From the NCBI GenBank assembly GCA_964016885.1, contig OZ024752.1, positions 30,256,001 to 30,320,000 on the forward strand: a stretch of DNA of 64,000 nt, written 5' to 3'. Origin of the DNA: Eledone cirrhosa (Eukaryota). Numbering within the stretch: the first letter of the stretch is position 1; each line of letters opens with the position of its first letter. Shown piece after piece: positions 1 to 13,414 of this stretch. Under the pieces are notes generated by a model. That model worked only from the letters and a program-made list of their open reading frames with translations. It made no database searches and was not told the DNA's origin. A program made the translations under genes and the position numbers.

Positions 1-1946
1 AGGGCACTTTTATCAGTGTGGTCTTTAACTAATCAATTAGTAACATTAATATTTTTTTTAATGTAAACTTGAATTATAATATTTGTATTTATTCATGCCT
101 CTGGGATTGTGTTGCACAGTATTTTACCAAATATCTCTTTTCCAGAATTTAAACTTTTAAGAAACAAAGATTTTCAAATGTCAAACGTGACTAAATCTCT
201 GTCTAGTCTTAAACTTAACTCACAACATTGACATACTTAATGTAAAACTTTCGAAAATGTTAAATTTAATTAATAATCTATTGGACCATGAACTATGTAT
301 TCTAGTTTTCTAAATATTTCCTCATAAACATAATAAGAGCAGCTGAACCATATGTAAACTGGAGAAAATATTCCAATACTTAAACATTTGAAAATATGTG
401 AGTTTAGTTGTATGAGTGGTTTATACTGAAAAAACTTTAGGAACAGTTTTTTTAATATGTATATATATATATATATACTGATGAAATAACTCAAAACAAA
501 GCTATAATTTTTTTCTTTTTCCTAAGTGGTAAGAAATTCTCAGAAGAGCAGAAGGTCTTCAGAGAAGAACCTCTCCCCAACTCAAGCAAGTGTTTCAGTC
601 CTTGGCCTGTTCCCAGACACTAATGGTCTAGCTATGTGGTAAGAAACTTTCAGAAGAACTGGTCAGCAGAAGGTCTTCAGAGAAGAACCCCTCAAGCAAG
701 TGTTTTCCCTTAATTTCTGCTTCAACAATTTTCTGTCAGCAAAAATAGATAAATAATTTAGGAAATAAAAAAAAAAGATTGAACAAATGTTGTGAATAAA
801 ACTCTAAAAATGAATTTAATGAAATCAGGATAGCTTGAAGATACAAGTTTATTAAATCAACTGTCCACATCATCATCATTGTTTAATGTCTGCTTTCCCT
901 GCTATTAAGGGTTAGATGGGTCGACATAGATCAAGTTAATACTGAAACAGGGCTTCTGATCTCCCAGACAAGTCAGAGATCACCATCTCACTTATGTATA
1001 GTCTCAACAATAGTAGAAAAAAATGACACAAAAGATTTAAAACAAAAACTAAATTGAAATTATTTAATTTTATATAATTTCTGCATAGTAATAGAAAGCA
1101 GGCTTCTATCTGCTACTGGTACTATGCAACTCAATACAACTAAGCCAGCTCCCCCCACCAGACCCTGGTCTGATAAGGAAGGTAAGTGGAACCCCAGCAC
1201 AAAAAACAAGAGCTGTTAAAAGGGCAGGTGAACTCCTCAGAGTCAATGGTCATCCACCCCAACTGGGTTAAATAGCCACACCAATCCACAATTGACCAAG
1301 TGTGGTGAGTACGGCTATGAAGATATGACCAAAACTAAGCAGAAAACAGTGGAGGTCTACCAAGGAGGGATTCCTCAAACAGGAGTGAAAAGTTCCTGGA
1401 TTGGATTGGAATAGAAAACAGTAAATTTTATACATTTATTAAGTATTGATAATATATTACACAAAGATTAATCATGAGCTTAATGTAGAAATGGTTGATG
1501 AAATGAATAAGTTATTGTATTACTAGTACATATGTCTTGAATACAATAAAATTATAGATATTTTATTGAATATCTGGCCATAACATTAATTCTACATGCT
1601 TCAGATCAGGTAACTATCAGAGGAGTAACATAATATCTGTGAATGTTACTAGCATTTCACTGCCATCTGAGCCATGGACAATTTATTTCATATTTAGTTA
1701 ATGTCATCAACTTAATAATCTGCTCATATAAACTTCTCAGATTTCTAGGAAGATACAAGGTTTGGCAATGTTTTGTTTTCCATTTCTTTTTTTTTTTTTT
1801 TTTTACAAAATGTTCTTGGTGAAACTAAATTTTTTATTGATTCCTCTAAAATGGATATCCATGAAGATGGATCTCTTTTAGCTTTGGTGATAAGTATTCA
1901 CAGAAAAAGAAAGTGTTTTGTTTATGGATTTAAGTGTTTTGTTTAT

Positions 1947-2139
1947 GCATTTAAACAGGCCGTATCTGGCCAGAATTCTCTCACCTTTTCTGTTCAAACT
2001 GATGTGAAGGTATTATTCTCAAAATAAATAATATCAAAATCTCATCAATTCAATATTATATGAGATGATTATGTAAGGTAAAACTTTTACCATGATAATA
2101 TAATAGTAAATATAGAGTAATGTAAAGCTAAAGGGTTAA
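1947..2139. mobile_element. piggyBac-like MITE family A, left end decayed
   Basis: Ends GCTAAAGGG-TTAA; body matches the copies at 4095 and 11270. Confidence 0.7.
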
Positions 2140-2294
2140 ACAATGACTATTTCTATACAAACAAAATTGTGTATTAGCAAACAAAATTCGAAGAGCTGTC
2201 AGAAATGAACTTTGACAACATGCAGTTTATTTACAATTCTTAGAAACATAAACTGTATAGTGACAGAAAAAAATATTCTCATGATCAGAATTTT

Positions 2295-2390
2295 ATTCAG
2301 TGTGAGGAGCCATTTGGCTGAATTCACAAGTTCCTCAACATCTGGTTGTAGTATTGTTAGTGACAGATGAATATCTTGCAAAGTTAGGGC
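2295..2390 (-). mobile_element. Possible hAT (Charlie/Buster-like) transposase C-terminal remnant
   Basis: QDIHLSLTILQPDVEELV followed by a shifted ..SH* resembles the DLRLxLTxIxPDIxxL..PSH* terminus; short match judged by eye. Confidence 0.35.
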
Positions 2391-4094
2391 GGTTTCATGA
2401 TTTTTTTGGTAGTTGGATCAAATGTGAGAAAAATAATAACATAAATAATAATTATATTTTCTCCAAGAAGCAATGAAGAATTCCGAGCAACATAAATTAT
2501 GTTTGCCGTGTTTCAACCTAACTTGAGCTGTTTGATCAATCTGTAACTCAATGAGGCTTTCTGTAACTTTAAGTGAATCTCAGCTGTATTTACCCTAAGT
2601 GTGGCCACCACCCAATTTGGAATGCTGAAATAAACTTTCATAGCCCTGTCTGTCTGTATGTATGTATGTATTGTGTATGTATGTATGGATGGATCTGTAA
2701 TTCCCAAGGGAGTTGTAAGAACACTGTACTGACAAACGGCATTTCTAGGGTATTTTATTTTAAAACCTAGCAGAGCCCGTCTCCTCTCCCTGTATAAATG
2801 TTTTAAATGGTCAGCATACACAGAAATTTGAAAGATTATCATTTTGCAGTTCTGTATCTCTATTATTTTGAGATTCTTTACCTTCTTGGTTACATTCCTA
2901 AACTCTTGCTTCTCTATACCAATAATTTACATGGTGGGGTGATTTTAGAATCACCCATGGTATATGCTATATAACTTAATATTTTAAATCACTAATTGAT
3001 AATTTCCTTGATGTCAAACTCTAATCCCTCATGTAACAATCTCACCTCCTAAAATATTATATAAACTCTGGGGAAAAAACTGATTTACATGCTGTTAGTT
3101 TTCACATCAAAGTAAACAGGTTCATTGAGCATTAAACATCTTTTATAAAGGAGACAGTAAATTGACAGTCTTTTCTAGATAAGACAGTAAATTGGCAGAG
3201 TTGCTGAAGCTTTATTAGATGGTATTTGCCCAAAGCTGTTAGTTCTAGCCAAGCATTCTAATATTCAGATTATACCATATTTCTCATAATGATAAACTTT
3301 CACAGAGAGAGACCATTCTCATACAACTCTCACACCCCTTATGTAATCCACACACCACAGAGTATTTCCCAGTGGTGCCATGGCAACTGAGTATCGTTTA
3401 ACAATACAAAAAAAAAACAATACAAAAAAGACACAATCATAACACAATTACAACATTACACTCTTTCCACTTGTGAACAACTTGTATCTAAAACTTTAAC
3501 ATCATTTAAAATCTCTTTTGGTTTCTCATGGAATTCATATATTTGCAAAATAACCAAAGCTGAGTTCAACATTTTCTGGCGGAATGGAAAAAAATAGCTT
3601 TGGAGTAAATTTACAGTCTGTATGCAGCATGCAATCTAGACAGGAAATGTGTGCATAACTTTCTCCATGATAGGAAAGGATGCAACACAATCTTTGTGTG
3701 TCCATCCCACCTTCTAAGATATTCTACCTTAATTTTGGCAGGGTTAAAATATTTCTCGTTTTCCCAGCATCATCTTCTGCAATATATAGTTAGTGAGGCT
3801 AGAGAAAAATTAGCTAGGAAAGAGAAAAATCCTTGGGAGACAATTCTAAAATCCAAATTAAAAATTGAATGCAGACATGCAGTGAGGAGTGAGTTTGACT
3901 TTTGACAAGTACATTGAAAACTCCAAACATGTTACTGGACTTTCTCAGTAAAACATAGACTTACTCAAACTTATCAGATACTTGATTACTTAAGAGAATA
4001 ATAATTTGAGAGAAAACTATTCACTGATTTGACAACAAATATTAATGACATTGGAGAATTTCCCAGGGATGCCTTCTTCATGAAGAACATATAT

Positions 4095-4323
4095 TTAACC
4101 CGTTAGCATTTACATTACTCTATATTTACTATTGTATTTTTGGGGTAAAGGCTTTACCTCACATAATTATCTCACATAATATCAAATCTATGAGATTTTG
4201 ATATTACTTATTTTGAGAACAATACCCTAACATCAGTATGAGTGGCTGGTTACAGCTGGTTTGAACAGAAAGAGGTGAGAGAATTCTGGCCAGATATGGC
4301 CAGTTTAAATGCTAAAGGGTTAA
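4095..4323. mobile_element. piggyBac-like MITE family A
   Basis: TTAA-CCCGTTAGCATTTA ... TAAATGCTAAAGGG-TTAA: TIRs with TTAA target duplication. Confidence 0.85.
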
Positions 4324-4849
4324 GTAGGAACCAACATCTTTATTATTCTCTCAGACTATCTAAGATAAGTATGAGTAAGGCTATGCTGAGAAGGTCTAAT
4401 AAGATTGAAACATGTCTTGAGTTGTCACCATACTTACCAAAGGTCAGACCTACTTTTCACAGCATTTGTCTATTCAATTTTCAATTAATTTTGATTACAA
4501 AATTGTCTCCCTTGCCTTTTTTTGACAATAATTAATGATTAGAGCTAATTATTTTCCTCTTCATTAAGAGTTCAATTTAAAAGAATTAACAATAAAGTGG
4601 AGGTGGGGGGGGGGGGTCACTACATTAAATGTATACCCTCACCTCATTAATTTTATTAATTAATGTTTATCTTATTTTAATATGTGTTAATATATTTTAT
4701 TTTATTTTATTCAAAATTTAATTTTATGAAATTAATATAATTTTATTGAATTAAATAATTTGTAATAAATCATTGATTTATTTCAAAATATTAGATTTGC
4801 CAACAAGAAATAGCTTTAATTATTTATTTTTATTTAACTTTTTTTTCTA

Positions 4850-5045
4850 TTTCTCTGAATTGAGAGATCGCAGCTCTGATATTAAGGACATATGGTTAGA
4901 ATAGGGTTCCTCCGAAGGGACTTTGGAGTAACATTACTCAATAGAGTACATAACTCAGAGATCAGAGTGTTGCTGCAGGTAGAGCTGCTACTTCTCTGAA
5001 TTGAGAGATCACAGCTCCAATACTATGGACCAAGATGGTTGAATA
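4850..5045 (+). mobile_element. Degraded RTE-type LINE 3' fragment
   Basis: Matches the reverse complement of 43570-43700; internal duplication of ttctctgaattgagagatc. Confidence 0.55.
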
Positions 5046-5838
5046 ACATCCATGAGCGTGGCTGGTCTTGTTTGGGGATCAAGCCAGATCATTTGGAGAT
5101 GGTTGATTCTGACAGGCCCCACTGGAAGGAGTTTTGAGGACTGTGCCGAAACTACCCTCCCAGGAATAAATGGGTAAAGAAGAAGAAGAGAATTAGCTTT
5201 ATAGGTGCTATTAGTAATTGTATTTAAACAACTCACATACTGTCAATATTGTTTTATGCTTAATTGATATTAGATATTAGCATAAATCTTACATGTTAAT
5301 AATCTATTTTAACAAGGATATTTTGTTTGGGGAGTTTTTTTTAGTTTTTTGTTTGTTTGGTATATTTCCTTTTTAATAAAATTATAGAGATGGAGAGTGA
5401 GAATATGTTAATGTCAGCATTACGGAAAATGTTAGAAATGACATCCCAGGAGTAAAAAAAAATATATAGGACATTGAAATGAATATCAGAAATGAAATCA
5501 ACTCCAATACTATTGAAAATGTTATTAGTAAAATCCCAAAAGGAAACATAAATTCTTATAGCTTTCGTCATTACTTCCTGTTGTAGTTATTTTGCATTCA
5601 AATAAATTTACTCCTTGTTGTTGTCGTATATTGTGAGGAGGTGTTGGTAGAACGAAAGCTTTAAATAATAAAAATGTCAATGAACTAAATTTTTCATTAA
5701 TTAACACATGCTGCTGCTGCTGTTGTTGTTGTTGTTGTTGTTGCTGCTGTTATAGATATGCTGGAAGTTTCTATGGCTGATGGGTTTGTTTGGTTGGAAA
5801 AGGACAGAATCAAGCAAATTACTCCTAGTGTTTTCTGG

Positions 5839-7350
5839 TACATATATTAGGTGATATATAGGTTACTGACACATACATACATACACATGTACACATACAT
5901 ATATTAGGTGATATATAGGATACTGACACATACATACATACACATGTACACATACATATATTAGGTGATATATAGGTTACTGACACATACATACATACAC
6001 ATGTACACATACATACATAAGGTGGTATATAGGATACTGACACATACATACATACACATGTACACATACATATATTAGGTGTTATATAGGATACTGACAC
6101 ATACATACATACACATGTACACATACATAAGGTGGTATATAGGATACTGACACATACATACATACACATGTACACATACATATATTAGGTGTTATATAGG
6201 ATACTGACACATACATACATACACATGTACACATACATAAGGTGGTATATAGGATACTGACACATACATACATACACATGTACACATACATATATTAGGT
6301 GTTATATAGGATACTGACACATACATACACATGTACACATACATAAGGTGGTATATAGGTTACTGACACATACATACATACACATGTACACATACATATA
6401 TTAGGTGATATATAGGTTACTGACACATACATACACATGTACGCATACATATATTAGGTGATATATAGGATACTGACACATACATACACATGTACACATA
6501 CATATATTAGGTGTTATATAGGATACTGACACATACATACATACACATGTACACATACATATATTAGGTGTTATATAGGATACTGACACATACATACATA
6601 CACATGTACACATACATATATTAGGTGATATATAGGGTACTGACACATACATACATACACATGTACACATACATATATTAGGTGATATATAGGTTACTGA
6701 CACATACATACATATATTAGGTGTTATATAGGATACTGACACATACATACATATGTACACATACATATATTAGGTGATATATAGGTTACTGACACATACA
6801 TACATACACATGTACACATACATAAGGTGGTATATAGGATACTGACACATACATACACATGTACACATACATATATTAGGTGATATATAGGTTACTGACA
6901 CATACATACACATGTACACATACATATATTAGGTGGTATATAGGTTACTTACACATACATACACATGTACACATACATATATTAGGTGATATATAGGTTA
7001 CTGACACATACATACATACACATGTACACATACATATATTAGGTGGTATATAGGATACTGACACATACATACATACACATGTACACATACATATATTAGG
7101 TGGTATATAGGTTACTGACACATACATACATACATACACATGTACACATACATAAGGCGGTATATAGGTTACTGACACATACATACATACACATGTACAC
7201 ATACATATATTAGGTGGTATATAGGTTACTGACACATACATACATACATACACATGTACACATACATATATTAGGTGGTATATAGGTTACTGACACATAC
7301 ATACATACACATGTACACATACATATATTAGGTGATATATAGGATACTCA
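5839..7350. repeat. Minisatellite, ~57-bp unit (53-61)
   Basis: Tandem atattaggtgatatataggatactgacacatacatacatacacatgtacacatacat. Confidence 0.97.
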
Positions 7351-7494
7351 TACATACATACATGCATACCCATGTACACATAGACATGCACACACACATG
7401 TACACACACACACACACACACATACATATACATACAGGCACACCCACCCACCCACCCATAAACTGTTGACATTCTATGTTTAAGTGTGACTCTC

Positions 7495-8445
7495 ATTAGA
7501 GTACAGCTAATATACCTAGATTAGTACTGCTAATATACCTAGATTAGTACTGCTAATATACCTAGATTAGTACTGTTACCATATCTATATTAGTACTGCT
7601 ACCATATGTAGATTAGTACCGCTACCATATCTATCTTAGTACCGCTACCATATGTATGTTAGTATTGTTACCATATCTATATTAGTACTGCTACCATATC
7701 TATATTAGTATTGTTACCATATCTATATTAGTACTGCTACCATATCTATATTAGTATTGTTACCATATCTATATTAGTACTGCTACCATATCTATATTAG
7801 TATTGTTACCTTATCTATATTAGTATTGTTACCTTATCTATATTAGTACTGCTACCATATCTATATTAGTATTGTTACCATATCTATATTAGTACTGCTA
7901 CCATATCTATATTAGTATTGTTACCATATCTATATTAGTACTGCTACCATATCTATATTAGTATTGTTACCATATCTATATTAGTACTGCTACCATATCT
8001 ATATTAGTATTGTTACCATATCTATATTAGTATTGTTACCATATCTATATTAGTACTGCTACCATATCTATATTAGTATTGTTACCATATCTATATTAGT
8101 ACTGCTACCATATCTATATTAGTATTGTTACCATATCTATATTAGTACTGCTACCATATCTATATTAGTACTGCTACCATATCTATATTAGTATTGTTAC
8201 CTTATCTATATTAGTATTGTTACCTTATCTATATTAGTATTGTTACCTTATCTAGATTAGTACCGCTACCATATCTAGATTAGTACCGCTACCATATCTA
8301 GATTAGTACCGCTACCATATCTAGATTAGTACCGCTACCATATCTAGATTAGTACAGCTAATATATCTAGATTAACACTGCTATTACATCTAGATTAGTA
8401 CTGCTATTACATCTAGATTAGTACTGCTAATATATCTAGATTACT
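7495..8445. repeat. Minisatellite, 23-bp unit
   Basis: Tandem attagtactgctaccatatctat alternating with attagtattgttaccatatctat. Confidence 0.97.
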
Positions 8446-9044
8446 ATTGCTGCTCAGGCACCAACATTCAATACTGATTGCTAACGGCTTATTCCCTAAC
8501 ATATGACAACATCTTAGACATGCTGAATTAAAATAACCCCCGCACCCCTCTGGTACTTTGTTCTGCGACCCAAGAGTTAAGAAGGCCACACAGCAGCCAT
8601 TCAACATCCATTTTGAGAAAAATGTTTGCCTGCTTCAGGCCCCAAAGGGGTCTTGTACTGCCTTGGAAAATTTCTCTTGGAGGCCCTGCTTATAACTTAC
8701 TCTTCTTACCTTGTTCTGAAGCGTACTCTCTACATAAACTCTACACATACACCAATGCATAATATCTTATAAGGCAAATTGTCAAGTGGTGTATCAATGA
8801 GGAAATATAAAATTATTAAAATAAGGCAAAAGGATTTTGGCAATCTGCTGTGAGTAATAGATGTGTGTTGGTATTGATACAAACATAAACTTGTAAGGAA
8901 TGAGAAATTCTAGCTGATAATTTGGTTTCTTAGAATTATTAACACAAAAGAGGAGTTGAATTTGAAAACTGACAGCAATAAAAGCCATATAAGCAATTGA
9001 ACATATGTAATCCAATAGTTGAACAAAGCTTTCAATTTGAACGG

Positions 9045-9406
9045 ATGTATATATATGTATGTGTGTATATATATACACATGCATATATATATATATGTAT
9101 ATATATATATATGCATATATATATATTTATATATATATATATGCATATATATATATACATATATATAGATGTGTGTATATATATATATGTATATATACAT
9201 GTGTGTGTATATATATATACATGTGTCTATATATGTATGTATGTGTATATATATATATATATATACATGTGTGTATATATACATATATGTATATATATAC
9301 ATGTGTGTATATGTATATACATATGTGTGTGTGTATATATACATGTGTGTGTATATATATACATGTGTGTGTATATATATACATGTGTGTGAATATATAT
9401 ATATAA

Positions 9407-9471
<65 letters not shown>

Positions 9472-9751
9472 CGTGTATATATATATATATATAAATGTAT
9501 ATATACATGTGTGTATATATATATACATGTGTATATATATATATATATATATACATATATATATACACATACATACATATCTATATGTAAATATATATGT
9601 GTATATATATGTGCGTGTGTGTGTATCTGTGGTGTATATATATATATATATATATATACGTGGGAAAGTAAGAAATCGGAGAATAGACCGTTATATGTAT
9701 CACCTATCCTCCCCCCCCCCTTTTTTTTTTCTCTCTCTCGATATGTAAATA

Positions 9752-9793
<42 letters not shown>
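9045..9793. repeat. Compound (AT)n/(GT)n microsatellite
   Basis: Seen directly; source of the YI/CV-rich spurious ORFs. Confidence 0.97.
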
Positions 9794-9796
<3 letters not shown>

Positions 9797-10345
9797 ACAC
9801 TTGCTAGAAGGGAAAATGGGCGTTAAATGAAAAATGATGATGATGATGACATACATTTCAATATAAAGAAATGAGAATTATTGGGGTAAAATAGAAAGAT
9901 TTACCATGATTTAAGCAGAATTCATCTGAATTCTTAATAAAAAGAAGTCAACGCAGAGAATATTATTTTATGTAGTGCTATATAATACGAAATATGAATT
10001 GCAGAGATATTTCATGCATGCCTCCTGCATATGAAGTACAACAAAATCTTACAGGTTACATTACATATTAATAAGCTTTGGGGTAAATTTCTAAAACTTG
10101 AAATATTGATTTTGAAAAATCTTTTCTTATTTCTTTTTCAGTAATAATAAAGAAATGTGAATAAAGGGAAATATCATCATTGACTTGAGTTTAAACTGTT
10201 CATCTTTTATTTGACTCAACTTAGAAGTCATTGTTGTTCATTATAAATATAGAGTTATGTCAACCTGATTCAGTAGATAGGATTTTACAGAGAAAAAGCA
10301 ACCAACAGGAGACCCAGGAATAGACCCTACCAAGCAAGATAATAA

Positions 10346-10485
10346 TAATAATGAAATTATTGTGTACAGTGCTCAGGTGCACTACAACTCATCAAAGGTG
10401 CATGTATAGTACATATAAAAGGGGGGGGGGGGGGGGGGTAGGTGATACATATAACGGTCTATTCTCCGATTTCTTACTTTCCCAC

Positions 10486-10531
<46 letters not shown>

Positions 10532-10666
10532 CATAATGAAATTATTGTGTACATTGCTCAGGTGCACTACAACTCATCAAAGGTGCATGTATAGTACATA
10601 TAAAAGGGGGGGGGAGGGATAGGTGATACATATAACGGTCTATTCTCCGATTTCTTACTTTCCCAT
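10346..10666 (-). mobile_element. Tandem duplication of a CR1 3'-terminal stub plus a ~60-bp segment
   Basis: 10346-10416 and 10533-10601 are the reverse complement of the CR1 3' end at 23428-23495. Confidence 0.8.
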
Positions 10667-10683
10667 GTATATATATATATATA

Positions 10684-10850
10684 TGGTGGCTGCCAACTTG
10701 TTTTCGAGTACGGCCACTACTTTATATCCATGTAAGAGAACCCCTACCGATGCACTGAACGAATGTGACTTTTTAGTCCAGCCAGCGACTTGAAAACTCT
10801 GGTACAAACACTACACCTGTGACCATTATTGACACATAGTGCAGGGCCCA
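10684..10850 (-). mobile_element. RTE-clade LINE 3' end with C-terminal C2H2 finger
   Basis: Minus strand NNGHRCSVCTRVFKSLAGLKSHIRSVHR*, then a short 3' UTR running into (AT)n. Confidence 0.7.
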
Positions 10851-11269
10851 TGGTACCATGTGACGACAAGTGCAGAGAGATCTCCAGATATAAAGCAATG
10901 CCTGTGCTGTGAAGCTTTTATAGTGAGCAAAGGCACTGCACAAAGCCAGTCCCACTCTCTTAACCAAGATGATATTTACCAAAAAGAAGAACAAATCAAC
11001 ATCATTGGATACCATCAGGGTTGCGGGTGTTATATCAGAGTTTTCCTTCTCCTAGAATATATATATACACACATACACACCACAGATACACATACACGCA
11101 CATATATATACACATATATAGTTGGATAACATCCATGAGCTCGGCTGGTTTCACTTGGGGATCAATTGGAGACTGTTGCTTCTGACAGGACCTATTGGAA
11201 GGCATGTTGAGGATTATGCCCCCACGACCCTCTCAAGAATTACATCAATGATTAAAGGCTGTCCAGCTA

Positions 11270-11494
11270 TTAACTCTTTAGCATTTAAACTGGCCATATC
11301 TGGCCAGAATACTCTCACCTGTTTCTGTTCAAACCGGCTGTAACTGGCCTCTCATACAGATGCTAAGGTATTATATAAATATATATATCAATATCTCATA
11401 GATTCGATATTACGTGAGATAATTATCTGAGGTAAAGCCTTTATGGTGAAAATATAATAGTAAATAGAGAGTAATGTAAATGCTAAAGGGTTAA
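11270..11494. mobile_element. piggyBac-like MITE family A
   Basis: TTAA-CTCTTTAGCATTTA ... TAAATGCTAAAGGG-TTAA. Confidence 0.85.
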
Positions 11495-11747
11495 AATCTC
11501 ATTTTATTCCCCGATACAATATATCTAGGATTTCACTGTCCAATGTGGTTTCTCCTTTTAAAACGTTAGTGCGAGATGAAGAAAGTTTAGCTACTATATC
11601 TAACAGGTTGAGAAACAACATAGCCAAGAAGTAAGATAATTGTCAACTGAATATTACTACCTCTTATTAAAGATAGGAAAAACCCATCAAAATTATACTC
11701 AGAATTATGTGGGTAGCTATTATAAGATCTTTATTATTATTAAAAAA

Positions 11748-12375
11748 ATGGATTGGGAGTATCGGTAGAGGGTCGTCCCTTTATGATCTGAGTTCAAATC
11801 CCGCCGAGGTTGACTTTGCCTTTCATCCTTACGGGGTCGATAAACTAAAGTACCAGTAATGCACTGGGTGATTGCTGGCCTTGTGCCTAAAGTAGAAACA
11901 ATTATTAAATAAAACAACACTCATAACCAACTACTTTAAGACAGTTTTGGTCCCAGGGCAGATACTGTATGTGACAAAAAGAGGTGGAAATCACAAGTTT
12001 TAATTTGTAAGTTTGACCAGAACTTCAATTAGATAGTCAATCCTCTAAGGATGAAAGACAAAACTTAACATCAGTGGAATTTGAACCAAGAACATAGAGG
12101 ACTCTAACTCTATACCACAAAGCATATTATTCGATGCTCTACCGATCACTACCAATCCACCGCCATATTAGCTGCTGATAATAATTGTTTCTACTTTTGG
12201 CACAAGGCCAGCAATTACCCAGTGTATTACTGATACTTTATTTTATCGACCCCGTAAGGATGAAAGGCAAAGTTAACCACGGTGGGATTTGAACTCAGAT
12301 CATAATGGGAGGTAACTCTATGCTTCAAAGCGTGGCTTCCGACCTCCCCTACCGATACTGCCAATCCACCGCCCT
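11748..12375. mobile_element. Three Meta-domain-like tRNA SINEs (11748-11905 +, ~12045-12165 -, ~12180-12375 -)
   Basis: A box TGGCAGTATCGG, B box GAGTTCAAATCC, central GCCTTTCATCCTTACGGGGTCGATAAAATAAAGTACCAG, (ATT) tail. Confidence 0.85.
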
Positions 12376-12769
12376 GGTGATAATAATGACGGAGCAACAT
12401 AAGGATTTAAATAAGAAGCATGATATAATTAGTAAGATAAAATGGACTATTTAATAAGAAAAAAAAAACGCAAAAAAAATAAAACAAACATGAATCCAAT
12501 ATAATTTGTTCTTACATCGTTTTTTTCCTCATAATTAAATAGCTATTGAAATCTACTAATAAAATTGAAATGTATGTATGTAAGTATATTGCAATTACTG
12601 TGAAGAACATCATTAAAGTGGTTTTATAATTAAGTCATAGGATTTCTTTGATAAGAATACAAAGCACTCAAATTTATTTTTTTGTGAATATATATCACTC
12701 TAATCATAAATGACAGAAATAGACTTGTCAAATACTTTAAGTAACAAATTTATTTCATCGGTTTTTATT

Positions 12770-12985
12770 TTATTTTATTTTATTTTACTATTTCATTTTA
12801 TTTATTTTATTTTATTATTCTATTTTATTTTATTTATTTTATTTTACTATTTTATTTTATTTATTTCATTTTATTATTTTATTTTATTTTATTTTATTTA
12901 TTTTATTTTACTATTTTATTTTATATATTTCATTTTTTTATTTTATTTATTTTATTTTATATTTTATTTTATATTTTATTTTAAA
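12770..12985. repeat. (TTTTA)n-type low-complexity tract
   Basis: Seen directly. Confidence 0.9.
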
Positions 12986-13414
12986 CAAAAGATCATATAT
13001 CTATGGAGGAATTCATTTCTTTAATTAGAGAAACTTTTAAAAATGTTACGAGTAAAACTCTTCATTGAATTTTTGTGAATCTGTCGTGTTCACATGTATG
13101 TGTGTGTGAGTGTGCGAGTATGTGTGTGTGTCTGTGAGTGTGTGAATGTGTCATGTTCACATCTATGAGTGTTTTTAAGTGTCTGTGTGTGAGTGTGTGT
13201 ATGTCTGTGAGTGAGTATGTGTGTGTGTGTAAGTTTGTGTGTGAGTGTGTGAATGTGTCATGTTCACATGTATGTGTTTTTATGTGTGTGTGTGTGTGTT
13301 TGGGAGTGTGTGAATGATGTGTTCACTTGTATGTGTTTTTATGTGGGTGCAGGTGTATGAGTGAGTGTGAGTGTGAGTGTGAGTGTGAGTGTGAGTGTGT
13401 GTGTGTGTGTGAAA

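Noticed and set aside
526-705. ~70-bp imperfect tandem duplication overlapping a candidate exon
   Set aside because: Ordinary local duplication; it also makes the 527-638 exon boundaries unreliable.
5825-9807. Long ORFs rich in Y/I/C/V/M (up to 296 aa); similar ones at 24566-25782 and 63584-63988
   Set aside because: Translations of mini- and microsatellites that lack stops; no coding signature.
10860-11055. Possible Penelope RT motif (LMVSNDVDLF..NI) on the minus strand
   Set aside because: Too short and diverged to support without a search.
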